A stretch of 64,000 nucleotides of DNA, taken from assembly GCA_963842205.1 (NCBI GenBank), contig CAWJFR010000005.1, positions 122,932-186,931 of the forward strand. Direction: 5' to 3'. Below, piece after piece: positions 11,987-21,978 of this stretch. Below the pieces are notes generated by a model. It was not told the origin of the DNA and did no database searches. It worked only from the letters and a program-made list of their open reading frames with translations. The number at the start of each line of letters is the position of its first letter. The first letter of the stretch is position 1. The translations under genes and the position numbers were made by a program. The DNA comes from an uncultured Solirubrobacterales bacterium (lineage in GTDB: Bacteria > Actinomycetota > Thermoleophilia > Solirubrobacterales > Solirubrobacteraceae).

Positions 11987-14339
11987 CCCCGCCCCACCGG
12001 CGGGCCTTGCTCCCGCGCTCGGCGGTGAGCGTCGAGGAGGCGCTCGCCCACGGGGATCGCGGCGCTTGCCGATCGAAGATCGAGCGTCCATGTGGGGGCT
12101 GACGCTGCTAACAGCCGCGATCTTCTGCTTCATCACCTTCTTCGCCGGAGGCGGCCTGCCACCCACCGCGCAGATGACCACGATGGAGATCGTCCTCACG
12201 CTGGGCTGCGGTGCAGTCGTGGCCGGCGCGGTGATCCTCACACCCCCGGGCATACGCGTATACGGGCTGTGGCCTGTAGGGCTGCTGCTTGCGTTCACCG
12301 CGCTTACGGCGCTCTCGGTGGTGTGGTCAGTACAGCCCGACGACAGCTGGCAGGACGCCGGGTGCATGCTCGCCTACAGCGCCGTCTTCGGCGCTTGCAT
12401 CGCGCTCGCTCGTGCTGCCCCCACGCGCTGGCCCGCGGTGCTCGGCGGAGTGACGCTGGCCGCCGCGGTGGTGTGCGGTTACGCGCTGCTTACGAAGGTG
12501 TTTCCCGCCAGCCTTGACGCTCACGACATCTACGCGCGCCTGCAGGCACCGTATGGCTACTGGAACGCCATCGGCCTTACCGCCGCGATGGGCGTGATCG
12601 GCTGCATGTGGCTGGGAGCGCGCCGGGCCGGACACGCGCTGCTGAGCGCGCTCGCCTACCCGGCGATGGGCCTGCTGCTACTCACGCTGATGCTTGCCTA
12701 CTCCCGCGGCGCGCTGGTCGCGCTGGTGCTGGGCCTGGCGCTGTGGTTCGCCGTCGTGCCGCTGCGCCTGCGCGGCGCCGCCGTGCTGCTCACCGGCGCC
12801 GTCGGCGCCGGGCTGGTGGTGGCGTGGGACTTCTCGAGGCATGCACTCAGTACCGAAGGCGTTGCGCTCCATGCCCGCGTGATCGCCGGGCGCCAACTGG
12901 GTGCGCTGCTGGTCGTCATGCTCCTCGTGCTCACAATCGCCGGACTGGCAATCGGCTTCTCCACCGACCGGCGCGCGGGTGGGGGGGTTTCAGTCCAGGC
13001 CCGTCGGCGCGCTGGCGCGGTTTTGCTGAGCATCCTCGCACTCGCCGTGATCGCCTTTGCTGGAGCCCTCACAGCCAGCCACCGCGGCCTTGCGGGCTCC
13101 ATCTCCCATGGTTTTCACTCGCTCACCAACACCCACGCGCCTGTCCCCCCCAACACCCCCGGTCGCCTGACAGCGATCGGCAGCGTACGCGCGCGCTACT
13201 GGAACGAGGCTCTGAAGATCTTCCAGGCCCACCCTGTTCTCGGAGCCGGGGCGCGGAGCTACGGAACGGCCCGCCTGCGCTACCGCACGGAGGATCTAGA
13301 CGCAAAGGACGCCCACGGCTTCGTTGTCCAGACGCTCGCCGATCTGGGCCTAGTGGGGTTGGCGATCGCCCTCGCATTGCTCGCGGCCTGGATGGCCGCC
13401 GCCGGGCGAGCCACGCACCCCTTCAACCGGCGCTGGACGAGCTGGCGCGAGCTGAGAGACTCAGGCTGGAACGGCATCGGCTGGCGGGCGATCGGAGATC
13501 GGCCAGCGTCGGTGGGCGACCGATCGAAGATCGGACAGCGCGCCTATACGCCTGAGCGCATCGGCATGCTCAGCATGCTCTGCCTCGTGGTCGTGTTTGG
13601 CATCCACTCCACGATTGACTGGACCTGGTTTGTGCCCGGTGACGCCTGCGTGGCCCTGCTCTGCGCCGGCTGGCTCGCCGGCCGCGGGCCGCTCGAGAGA
13701 GCGGCAGACGGCGAGCTGCGGGGCAGGTTGCGCATAGCCTCCCCGCGCGAGCTGGGCCCCCTACGCATCGGCATCGCCGCCGCCGCTGTGATCGCGGCGC
13801 TGCTCGCCGCCTGGGCACAGTGGCAGCCTCAGCGCTCGGCCGACGCCTCTCAGGAAGCGCTGGCTCTGAGCGCTAGCGATCCAGCCGCCGCGCGCGCGGC
13901 GGCGGAGAACGCCGTCGACTACGACCCGGTCTCGGCGGAAGCGCTGTTCACCCTCTCCACGATCCAGCAGCACGCTGGTCAGGCGGCGCTGGCGCGCGCC
14001 ACGCTCGTGCGGGCGGTGCACCTGCAACCGTCCAATCCGCGGACTTGGAAGGCGCTGGGCGAATACGACCTGCAAACGGGCAACCCCACGGACGCGCTGG
14101 ACGAGTTGCGCGCCACCGTCTACCTGAACCCCGAGGCGGTCGCGCCGCTGTCGGCGATCGAACGCGATCCCGAACTACTCGCCATCCAGAATGCCTACGT
14201 CCAGGCCCTGCGCGAGACCATGGCAGCTAAAACCGCGACCGCCGCGCGCTCGCGAGCAGTCCTCGCCGCGCGCCGGGCAGCCCCGCGGCGCTCCGCACTT
14301 CGACGTCGGCAAAGCCGAAATCCTCGAGCAGCTCGGTGA
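11961..14339 (+). CDS. O-antigen ligase (Wzy_C/WaaL/PglL)-family membrane protein with C-terminal TPR-like region
   Basis: About 12 TM helices, RL..PYGYWN, YSRGA, R..YW..A..HPVLGAG, AHGFVVQTLADLG, then helical repeats. Confidence 0.85.
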   Translation: MSATVTTANPAPPAGLAPALGGERRGGARPRGSRRLPIEDRASMWGLTLLTAAIFCFITFFAGGGLPPTAQMTTMEIVLTLGCGAVVAGAVILTPPGIRVYGLWPVGLLLAFTALTALSVVWSVQPDDSWQDAGCMLAYSAVFGACIALARAAPTRWPAVLGGVTLAAAVVCGYALLTKVFPASLDAHDIYARLQAPYGYWNAIGLTAAMGVIGCMWLGARRAGHALLSALAYPAMGLLLLTLMLAYSRGALVALVLGLALWFAVVPLRLRGAAVLLTGAVGAGLVVAWDFSRHALSTEGVALHARVIAGRQLGALLVVMLLVLTIAGLAIGFSTDRRAGGGVSVQARRRAGAVLLSILALAVIAFAGALTASHRGLAGSISHGFHSLTNTHAPVPPNTPGRLTAIGSVRARYWNEALKIFQAHPVLGAGARSYGTARLRYRTEDLDAKDAHGFVVQTLADLGLVGLAIALALLAAWMAAAGRATHPFNRRWTSWRELRDSGWNGIGWRAIGDRPASVGDRSKIGQRAYTPERIGMLSMLCLVVVFGIHSTIDWTWFVPGDACVALLCAGWLAGRGPLERAADGELRGRLRIASPRELGPLRIGIAAAAVIAALLAAWAQWQPQRSADASQEALALSASDPAAARAAAENAVDYDPVSAEALFTLSTIQQHAGQAALARATLVRAVHLQPSNPRTWKALGEYDLQTGNPTDALDELRATVYLNPEAVAPLSAIERDPELLAIQNAYVQALRETMAAKTATAARSRAVLAARRAAPRRSALRRRQSRNPRAAR

Positions 14340-14856
14340 GGATGCGGCGGGTGTAGAAGCGCAGGTGATCGGCACGAGGGTCGAAGTGGGCCTCGAATGC
14401 ACGCGGCACAAGCGCCCAGCGGAGCATCTGAAGGCGCCCATGGTTGGGCGTGCTCAGCAGTAGGACGCCGCCGGAGTGCAGCACGCGGCGCACCTCAGAC
14501 AGCCAGCCGGCGGTATCGGCGACGTGCTCGATAACCTCCCCAGCCCACACCGCATCGAAGCTCGCGTCCGCAAGCGGCCAGGCCCCTTCGGCAGGCACCT
14601 GCCGAAGGTCGAGCTCGGGGTGGTGCTCCCGCGCGCGCCGCAGCGGCTCGGCGGCGACGTCGATCCCCACTGGGCGGGCCCCTGTACGCGCCAGCTCAGC
14701 GGCAAAGCGCCCTTCACCGCAACCCACGTCGAGCACCCGCTCGCCCGCGCGGACGTGGCCCAACAAGAAGCCGCCGCGCCGCGCGAAGTCGACCGGCTCC
14801 AAACCCTCCGGAACCGCTTCCCAGAGAGCCTCGTGGTAGTCCTCGCTCGCGGGCAT
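14227..14856 (-). CDS. Class I SAM-dependent methyltransferase
   Basis: VLDVGCGEG, FDAVWAGEVIEH, STPN; 3' end overlaps the ligase gene. Confidence 0.88.
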   Translation of the reverse strand: MPASEDYHEALWEAVPEGLEPVDFARRGGFLLGHVRAGERVLDVGCGEGRFAAELARTGARPVGIDVAAEPLRRAREHHPELDLRQVPAEGAWPLADASFDAVWAGEVIEHVADTAGWLSEVRRVLHSGGVLLLSTPNHGRLQMLRWALVPRAFEAHFDPRADHLRFYTRRILTELLEDFGFADVEVRSAAGLPGARRGLLASARRSRF

Positions 14857-15031
14857 CGCTGCGGGCAAGGCTAGACCGCGTCAGCCCGACCGGCGCAAAA
14901 TGCACTCTCAGGCCGCGAGCAAGTGCAGCCCGGCTGTCATCTCTACCGATATCCGCGCCAAAGGACTATCTTGCCTTGCGTGCACTCCCCGGGGGTCCTG
15001 TGAACAATCACGCGGAGTCGAGGAGCCGCTC

Positions 15032-15958
15032 GTGAGGGTCGCCTTCGACAGCCGCCCCGCCGCCGATCCGCGCGGCGTCGGACGCTACTCCCGCTGCCTG
15101 CTCGACGCCCTGCGTAATACGGCCCGAGGCGAGGCCGAGATCGAGGAGACCCATCGTCCGCGTCTCTCCGACGTTTTCCACGCACCATGGATGGAGGGCG
15201 CGATGCTGCGCAGCCCGTGCCCGATGGTCGTCACGCTGCACGACCTTGCGGTGCTCAAGCGCCGCAGCGAGCATCTGCGGATGGGCGTGCGTCTGCGCCT
15301 GCGCCAGCTCGCTGTACAGCGAGCCATGCGCGTGATCGTCCCCACTGAGGCAGTCGCCAACGACGCTGTCGAGCGCCTCGGCCTGGAGCGTGAGCGCGTC
15401 GTCGTGATCGCCGAGGCGCCTGACTCGATGATGTATCCGCGCCCCCCACACGAGATTGCCGAGGCACGCGCGCGCTTCTCGCTGCCCGAGCGTTATCTGG
15501 TGTGGGTCGGGGGCCTGCAGCACCCGGACCCGCGCAAGCACGTCGCCCAACTCGCGGCCACCCCGCGCGAGCTGCCGCTCGTGCTCGTCGGCCCCACGCG
15601 CCCCTGGGCGCACGAGCTGCCCGACGTGACGCTCACCGGGCATGTCTCCGACGAGCACCTCGCCGCGATCTACTCTGGCGCTCACGCGCTGGTGCTCCCT
15701 TCCGTGGACGAGGGCTTCGGCCTGCCGGCCGTCGAGGCGCTCGCCTGCGGCACGCCGGTCGTCGCCTGCGAGGTCCCTGCCCTACGCGAGGTCCTCGACA
15801 AGCGCGCCACGTTCGTCCAGGCGGGGGACCTGAAGGCGCTGATCCTCGCCGCCCAGACAATCAGCCGCCCAGCGCCGCCGCCGCCCGCTTGGACGTGGGA
15901 GGACGCCGGACGTGCCACCTGGCGGGTCTACGAGCAGGCTGTGGCCGGAGCTCAGTAA
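15032..15958 (+). CDS. Glycosyltransferase family 4 (GT-B, WbpY/MtfB-like)
   Basis: GVGRY, VTLHD, EGFGLPAVEALACG; GTG at 15032 follows a GAGGAG RBS. Confidence 0.88.
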   Translation: MRVAFDSRPAADPRGVGRYSRCLLDALRNTARGEAEIEETHRPRLSDVFHAPWMEGAMLRSPCPMVVTLHDLAVLKRRSEHLRMGVRLRLRQLAVQRAMRVIVPTEAVANDAVERLGLERERVVVIAEAPDSMMYPRPPHEIAEARARFSLPERYLVWVGGLQHPDPRKHVAQLAATPRELPLVLVGPTRPWAHELPDVTLTGHVSDEHLAAIYSGAHALVLPSVDEGFGLPAVEALACGTPVVACEVPALREVLDKRATFVQAGDLKALILAAQTISRPAPPPPAWTWEDAGRATWRVYEQAVAGAQ

Positions 15959-17562
15959 GCACCGCGTTGCATCAGCACCGCGGGGAACGTCTTCAGGATG
16001 ATCGTCAAATCGAGCGCCAGCGACCAGCGCTCCAGATAGATGAAGTCCAGATGCACGAGGTCATCGAAGTCAAGCTCCGAGCGGCCTGAGACCTGCCACA
16101 GCCCGGTGATCCCCGGCAGCACCAGATAGCGCTTGCGGTGCCAGTCCTCGAGCATCTCGTAATCGCGCTCGGGCAGCGGACGCGGACCCACGAGCGACAT
16201 CTCGCCGCGCAGCACGTTCACCAGCTGGGGCAGCTCGTCCAGCGAGTAGCGCCGCAGCACGCGCCCCACCCTCGTCATCCGCGGATCGTCACGGATCTTG
16301 AACAGCGCCCCCGATGCCTCGTTGAGCTCTTCCAGATCGGCTTGGCGCTGCTCCGCGTCGGTGTGCATCGTGCGGAACTTCAAGCACGCAAACGGTCGCT
16401 GGCCGATCCCGCGGCGCATCGAACGGAACACGATCGGCCCACGTGAGGAGAGCCGCACGGCGAGCATGATCACCAGCAGCAGCGGACTGAACAGCACCAG
16501 CAGCAGCGTCGCGCCCACCAGGTCAAAGGCGCGCTTCAGCGCGAAGTCGACCCCCTCGAACACCGGCGAGCTCAGCTCGAACAGCGGCACCGACTGGCCC
16601 GGCACGAACTCGGCGCGGTGAATCAAGATCTCCATCGTCGACGGCGCCAAGCGCACGCGCACGCCACGCCGGTGGCACTGGTCGACCAGCTCCACCGCCT
16701 CGACCTGCGGGAAGTCCGGATCGGCGATGATCACCTCGTCGATCCTTTCAGTGTCGAGCACCTCTTCCAGCTTCGCGAGCGAGCCCAGCGAGCGCAGGCC
16801 GTTGGCGGGCAGCTCGTTCGGCGAGAGAAAACCCACCACCTCGATCGGCGAGTGCGGCGCGTCCGCGAGCGCGTGGGCAACGTCGCGGATATGCTTGCCC
16901 GTGCCCACGAGCACCGCGCGGCGCCGGTAGCCGGCGGCCCGCAACAGCACCCCGGTCAGCCACTCGTAGGCGCCGCGCAACGAGGAGAGGTAGAGCAGCC
17001 CGAAGCCCAGCGAGCCGTAGAAGATGTAAAAGCTCTGAAAGTGTTCGCCGCTAACGACCGCAAACACCAGCGCGAGGCACGCCACCTGGAACAGTGCCCC
17101 CACGATCCGTGACAGGCCCGGACGCTGCGCCCGCTCGGCGTACAGCCCCGAGCGCGCGAACAGCAGCGCGGTCACAAGGTAGGCGAAGGCGAGGAAGTGC
17201 CGCGTCTCGTGGTAGGCCGGGTTCACGACGCCCTCCTCGCCAAGCACCGCCGCCTTCAACACCAACGCCGTGAAGATCGCAAGCGCCACGCCGGCGAAGT
17301 CGAGCACCAGCAGCGACAGCACGCGCGCCAAGCGCCGGGCCGTGGCCAGACGCAGCAGGAACGACATCGCCGGCGGGCGCTTGCTGCGCATATCTCGATC
17401 AGACGGCTCCCGGCGCGCCGTGGCCTCCGACAGTACCGCTCGCGCACGCGGAGGCGTGGCAGGCGTGCGCAGTGCCAGCCGATCTTCGATCGGTGGGGCT
17501 AGCCGATCTTTGATCGGTGGAGCAGACGTTCCCGAAGAACGTGGTCCCATCTCGCTACTCAC
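15952..17562 (-). CDS. Polyprenyl-phosphate glycosylphosphotransferase (priming sugar transferase)
   Basis: TM N-terminus, CoA-binding-like region, KRAFD, KFRTM, DDPR.T.VG, SLDELPQL, MSLVGPRP, PGITGLWQV. Confidence 0.93.
   Translation of the reverse strand: MSSEMGPRSSGTSAPPIKDRLAPPIEDRLALRTPATPPRARAVLSEATARREPSDRDMRSKRPPAMSFLLRLATARRLARVLSLLVLDFAGVALAIFTALVLKAAVLGEEGVVNPAYHETRHFLAFAYLVTALLFARSGLYAERAQRPGLSRIVGALFQVACLALVFAVVSGEHFQSFYIFYGSLGFGLLYLSSLRGAYEWLTGVLLRAAGYRRRAVLVGTGKHIRDVAHALADAPHSPIEVVGFLSPNELPANGLRSLGSLAKLEEVLDTERIDEVIIADPDFPQVEAVELVDQCHRRGVRVRLAPSTMEILIHRAEFVPGQSVPLFELSSPVFEGVDFALKRAFDLVGATLLLVLFSPLLLVIMLAVRLSSRGPIVFRSMRRGIGQRPFACLKFRTMHTDAEQRQADLEELNEASGALFKIRDDPRMTRVGRVLRRYSLDELPQLVNVLRGEMSLVGPRPLPERDYEMLEDWHRKRYLVLPGITGLWQVSGRSELDFDDLVHLDFIYLERWSLALDLTIILKTFPAVLMQRGAY
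17477..17524. repeat. Tandem 24-bp duplication, each unit containing the palindrome CCGATCTT(C/T)GATCGG
   Basis: agccgatcttcgatcggtggggct / agccgatctttgatcggtggagca; encodes PPIKDRLA-PPIEDRLA. Confidence 0.85.
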
Positions 17563-17693
17563 AACGCCTCAGACTCGCAGATGTAGCGGTCGCGCCACCT
17601 ACCGGGCCATTGTCCATCCGTCTCGTACTACCCACAACGCCCGCGAAGGATGCCCTCTCGAACGGCTGCAACCAAGATTTGCCGGGAGCTGAC

Positions 17694-18635
17694 TCAGCCG
17701 ACCAGGACCTCTACGCCGGAGGCGTCGATCGTGCGCTTCAATCCCTCGCGCAGCGAGACCTCCGGGGACCATTGGAGCAGCTTCCGGGCGAGCGTAATAT
17801 CGGGCTTGCGCTGCTTTGGATCATCCTCCGGCAGCGCCTCGTACACGATCTCCGAGCTCGCCCCCGTCAGCTCCTTGATTGTCTCGGCCAGCTCCAACAG
17901 CGTGAACTCGTCCGGATTGCCGATGTTGACCGGGTCGTGATGACCGGACTCCGCCAGCGCGATCAACCCCCGGATCAGATCACTCACGTAGCAGAACGAG
18001 CGGGTCTGTGAGCCATCGCCGAACACCGTCAACGGACGGTTCGCCAGCGCCTGGCGCAAGAATGTCGGGATCGCGCGCCCGTCATGCGGGCGCATCCGGC
18101 TCCCATACGTGTTGAAGATCCTCACGATCGCCGTGTCCACGCCCTGCTGGCGGTGGTAGGCCATCGTCAACGCCTCCGCGTACCGCTTGGCCTCGTCATA
18201 CACGCCACGCGGGCCGATCGGGTTGACGTGCCCCCAGTAGGACTCCGTCTGCGGATGCACCTGTGGATCACCGTACACCTCGCTCGTCGACGCGATCAAG
18301 AACCGCGCGCGCTTCGCCTTCGCCAAACCGAGCGTGTGATGCGTGCCGTAAGAGCCGACCTTCAGCGTGTGCAACGGCAGCCTCAAATAGTCGATCGGCG
18401 ACGCCGGCGACGCGAGGTGATAGACGAAGTCGACCGACTCCTCGACGAAGTAAGGCTCGATGATGTCCGCGCCGACATACATGAACCGCTCGGCATCGCG
18501 GATGTGCTCGATGTTCTGAAGCGTTCCCGTCTCGAAGTTATCTACGCAGATCACCCTGTGCCCGCGCGCCAGCAGCTCGTCGCACAGGTGCGAACCTAAA
18601 AACCCGGCGCCGCCGGTCACGAGGCAGGTGGCCAT
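17694..18635 (-). CDS. UDP-glucuronate decarboxylase (UDP-xylose synthase family)
   Basis: [41 protein letters not shown]. Confidence 0.92.
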   Translation of the reverse strand: MATCLVTGGAGFLGSHLCDELLARGHRVICVDNFETGTLQNIEHIRDAERFMYVGADIIEPYFVEESVDFVYHLASPASPIDYLRLPLHTLKVGSYGTHHTLGLAKAKRARFLIASTSEVYGDPQVHPQTESYWGHVNPIGPRGVYDEAKRYAEALTMAYHRQQGVDTAIVRIFNTYGSRMRPHDGRAIPTFLRQALANRPLTVFGDGSQTRSFCYVSDLIRGLIALAESGHHDPVNIGNPDEFTLLELAETIKELTGASSEIVYEALPEDDPKQRKPDITLARKLLQWSPEVSLREGLKRTIDASGVEVLVG

Positions 18636-18676
18636 CGCGCGGAAGCTTAGTGATTCCCAGGACTATCCTTCGTGAC

Positions 18677-20290
18677 ATGGCCACTACCGAAGAGCACCTG
18701 ACCGTCGCGCCAATCGTCGGAGCAAATGACCCTCGCCGCTTCACCGACTCGGGGATCGAGATCTCCGAGCTCTACACCGAGGCTGACCTGCCAGACGAGC
18801 TCGAGCTGGGCGAGCCCGGCGCCTTCCCCTACACCCGCGGCGTCCATCGCGATATGTACCGCAAGCAGACCTGGACGATGCGCCAGTACGCGGGCTACGC
18901 CTCGGCGAAGGAGTCGAACGAGCGCTACCGCTACCTGCTCTCCAAGGGCTCGACGGGACTGTCGATGGCGTTCGACCTGCCCACTCAGCTCGGTCTCGAC
19001 TCCGACAATCCGCGTTGCCTCGGCGAGGTCGGCCGCACCGGCGTCGCGATCGACACGATCGACGACATGCGCACCGCCTTCGACGGCATCCCGCTCGATC
19101 AAGTCTCCACGTCGATGACGATCAACGCCCCCGCCGCCTGCCTGCTGCTGCTCTACGAGCTCGTCGGCGAAGAGCAGGGCGTGCCCTCCGAGCAGCTCCG
19201 CGGCACCACCCAGAACGATGTCCTGAAGGAGTACATCGCGCGCGGTAACTACATCTACCCGCCCGTGCCCACGATGCGGCTGACAACCGACCTGTTCCAG
19301 TACTGCCATCAGCGCGTCCCGCGCTGGAACACGATCTCGATCTCCGGCTATCACTTCCGCGAGAAGGGCTGCTCGGCCGTGCAGGAGGTTGCCTTCACGC
19401 TCTCCTCGGGGATCGCCTACGTCCAGGCCGCGATCGACGCGGGCCTATCAGTCGACGAGTTCGCGCCGCGCCTGGCCTTCTTCTTCAACGGCCACAACAA
19501 TGTCTTCCAGGAGGTCGCCAAGTTCCGCGCAGCCCGGCGCATGTGGGCGCACATCATGCGCGAGCGATTCGGCGCCACAAATCCGAAGGCGACGATGCTG
19601 CGCTTCCACACCCAGACCGGCGGCGTCACGCTGACGGCCCAGCAGCCGGAGAACAACATCGTGCGCGTCGCCCTCCAGGGCTTCGCCGCCGTCTGCGGCG
19701 GCACCCAGTCGCTGCATACCAATGGCTTCGACGAGGCGCTCGCTCTGCCCACCGAGCGCGCCGCGAAAATTGCCCTGCGCACCCAGCAGATACTCGCCCA
19801 CGAGTCCGGCGCCGCCGACACCGTGGACCCGTTCGCCGGCTCCTACTTCGTCGAGTCGCTCACCGACGAGATCGAAACGCGCGCTCTCGAGTTGATCGAC
19901 AGGGTCGACGCGCTCGGCGGCTCGGTCAAGGCAATCCAGTTCATCACCGGCGAGATCGACGAGTCCGCCTGGGGCTACCAGGAGCGCTACCGGATCGGCC
20001 AGGACATCGTCGTCGGCGTCAACGCCTACGAGGAAGAGGGGATCGAGGTTCCCGACCTGCTGCGCGTCGACCCCGAGTCCGAGCGCGAACAGGTCGACCG
20101 CCTTACGCACTTCAAGGCAGACCGCGATCAGGCACTCGCGGAGCAGCGCCTAGAGGAGCTGCGCGGCGTCGCTCGCGGCTCAGAGAACCTGCTGCCGGCG
20201 ATCCGCCAAGCGTTGAAGGATCGTTGCTCTTTGGGCGAGGTCTGCGGGGCGATGCAGGACGTGTTCGGGCGCTACGCGCCGACATTCTGA
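18677..20290 (+). CDS. Methylmalonyl-CoA mutase, catalytic subunit (no B12-binding domain)
   Basis: [56 protein letters not shown]. Confidence 0.93.
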   Translation: MATTEEHLTVAPIVGANDPRRFTDSGIEISELYTEADLPDELELGEPGAFPYTRGVHRDMYRKQTWTMRQYAGYASAKESNERYRYLLSKGSTGLSMAFDLPTQLGLDSDNPRCLGEVGRTGVAIDTIDDMRTAFDGIPLDQVSTSMTINAPAACLLLLYELVGEEQGVPSEQLRGTTQNDVLKEYIARGNYIYPPVPTMRLTTDLFQYCHQRVPRWNTISISGYHFREKGCSAVQEVAFTLSSGIAYVQAAIDAGLSVDEFAPRLAFFFNGHNNVFQEVAKFRAARRMWAHIMRERFGATNPKATMLRFHTQTGGVTLTAQQPENNIVRVALQGFAAVCGGTQSLHTNGFDEALALPTERAAKIALRTQQILAHESGAADTVDPFAGSYFVESLTDEIETRALELIDRVDALGGSVKAIQFITGEIDESAWGYQERYRIGQDIVVGVNAYEEEGIEVPDLLRVDPESEREQVDRLTHFKADRDQALAEQRLEELRGVARGSENLLPAIRQALKDRCSLGEVCGAMQDVFGRYAPTF

Positions 20291-20323
20291 GCTTCCGCCC
20301 GCGACGGCGGTTAGGGTGCGCCC

Positions 20324-20820
20324 ATGCTCACCACCCCGGCAGTCGTCTTCTTCGAAGTGGTTCTGGCCATCCACATCATGGCCGCCATCGTCGCCTTCGG
20401 CGTGACCTTTGCCTACCCGATCATCTTCGCGGTCATCGAAAAAGCCGACCCGCGCGCGCTCGGGGCCATGCATCGTGCCGAGCGGGCGGTCGGCCAGCGC
20501 CTGATCACCCCGAGCCTCGGCGTCGTCCTGCTGGCGGGGATCTACCTGGCGAGCAAGCTGCACGAGTGGAGCGCGTTCTACGTCCAATGGGGACTCGGGG
20601 TGGCAATCGTGCTCGGCGCGCTCGGCGGGATGTTCTTCGCGCCGACCGAGAAGCGCCTGGCGGAGCTCGCCGACCGCGACGTCGCGGCATCGTCAGGCGA
20701 TGAGGTGACGCTCAGCGCCGAGTACCAAGTACTCAGCAAGCGCCGGCCATGGTCGGCGCCCTCTCGAGCCTGCTGGTCCTCGTGACCGTGTACTTCATGG
20801 CCACGCACACCGGCGCTTAG
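20324..20820 (+). CDS. DUF2269-like integral membrane protein, frameshifted near 20744
   Basis: Hydrophobic helices; the last TM (AMVGALSSLLVLVTVYFMATHTGA*) continues in another frame to TAG 20820. Confidence 0.7.
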
Positions 20821-20884
20821 CAACCCGCCGAGCGGCCGGTTTTGGGCGCGGTTCACATGACCAGCGTCGCTGTACCCTGAGGAC

Positions 20885-21943
20885 ATGAGCCAGGACTATC
20901 GAGTCGCCGTCGTCGGCGCCACCGGACAGGTGGGCACGCTGATGCTCGGTCTGCTGCGCGAACGCGCATTCCCGGCAAGTGAGATCGTTGCGTTTGCCTC
21001 CGCGCGCTCGGTCGGTCGGGTGCTCGAGGGCGCGGGTGCCGGCGGCAGCGATCTGACGGTGCGGGGCCTCGATCAGGAGTGGATCCAGGGCTTTGATCTC
21101 GCGCTGTTCTCGGCGGGCGGCTCGACCTCAGGCGAGTGGGCGCCGCGATTTGCGGCGACCGGCGCGGTGGTCGTCGACAACTCCTCGCGCTGGCGCATGA
21201 ACGACGACGTGCCGCTGGTCGTCAGCGAGGTCAACCCGGAGGCTCTCGCCGACCATCGCGGGATCGTGGCGAACCCGAACTGCTCGACGATGCAGATGGT
21301 CGTGGCGCTCAAGCCGATCTACGACGCAGCCGGGATCGAGCGGCTGGTGATCTCCACCTACCAGGCCGTCTCCGGCACCGGTAGGCAGGCCGTCGACGAG
21401 CTGCTCGATCAGTCCCATGCACTGCTCCATGAGCGCGAGATCTCCCCGCCCGCGTCCTACGCGCATCAGATCGCCTTCAACGCGCTGCCCCACGCCGGCT
21501 CGTTCGCCGCCGGCGAGGATCACACCGACGAGGAGCGCAAGCTGATGGGCGAGACGCGCAAGATCCTCGGTGATCCTGCGATCCGGGTGAGTGCGACGTG
21601 CGTGCGCGTGCCGGTGCTGACGGGACACTCCGAGGCCGTCAACGTCCAGACGCGCGAGCCACTCTCCCCCGAGCGGGCGCGGGAGCTCCTCGCGGCCGCG
21701 CCGGGCGTGAGCGTGCTCGACGATCCCAACTCCGCGCTTTACCCGATGGCAATCGACGCCGCCGGACGCGACGACGTGTTCGTCGGGCGCATCCGCCGCG
21801 ACCCCGGCCACGAGCGCGCACTAGACCTGTGGATCGTCGCCGACAACCTGCGCAAGGGGGCAGCGCTCAACGCGGTGCAGCTGGCGGAGCTGTTGCATGA
21901 GCGCGGCCTCATCGCCCCACAGAGCGCCCGCTCGGTGGCGTAG
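20885..21943 (+). CDS. asd: Aspartate-semialdehyde dehydrogenase
   Basis: GATGQVG, DNSSRWRM, ANPNCST, TYQAVSG, CVRVPV..GHSE, DNLRKGAALNAVQ. Confidence 0.96.
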   Translation: MSQDYRVAVVGATGQVGTLMLGLLRERAFPASEIVAFASARSVGRVLEGAGAGGSDLTVRGLDQEWIQGFDLALFSAGGSTSGEWAPRFAATGAVVVDNSSRWRMNDDVPLVVSEVNPEALADHRGIVANPNCSTMQMVVALKPIYDAAGIERLVISTYQAVSGTGRQAVDELLDQSHALLHEREISPPASYAHQIAFNALPHAGSFAAGEDHTDEERKLMGETRKILGDPAIRVSATCVRVPVLTGHSEAVNVQTREPLSPERARELLAAAPGVSVLDDPNSALYPMAIDAAGRDDVFVGRIRRDPGHERALDLWIVADNLRKGAALNAVQLAELLHERGLIAPQSARSVA

Positions 21944-21978
21944 AAGGAGTAGCGGGACATCGCTCGAACTGGTCAGCG

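Noticed and set aside
17477-17524. CRISPR-like repeats
   Set aside because: Only two abutting units, no spacers, no cas genes
20741-20750. Frameshift in the DUF2269-like gene as programmed recoding
   Set aside because: No slippery sequence is visible; one missing base restores a normal TM helix, so assembly error or a recent mutation is more likely
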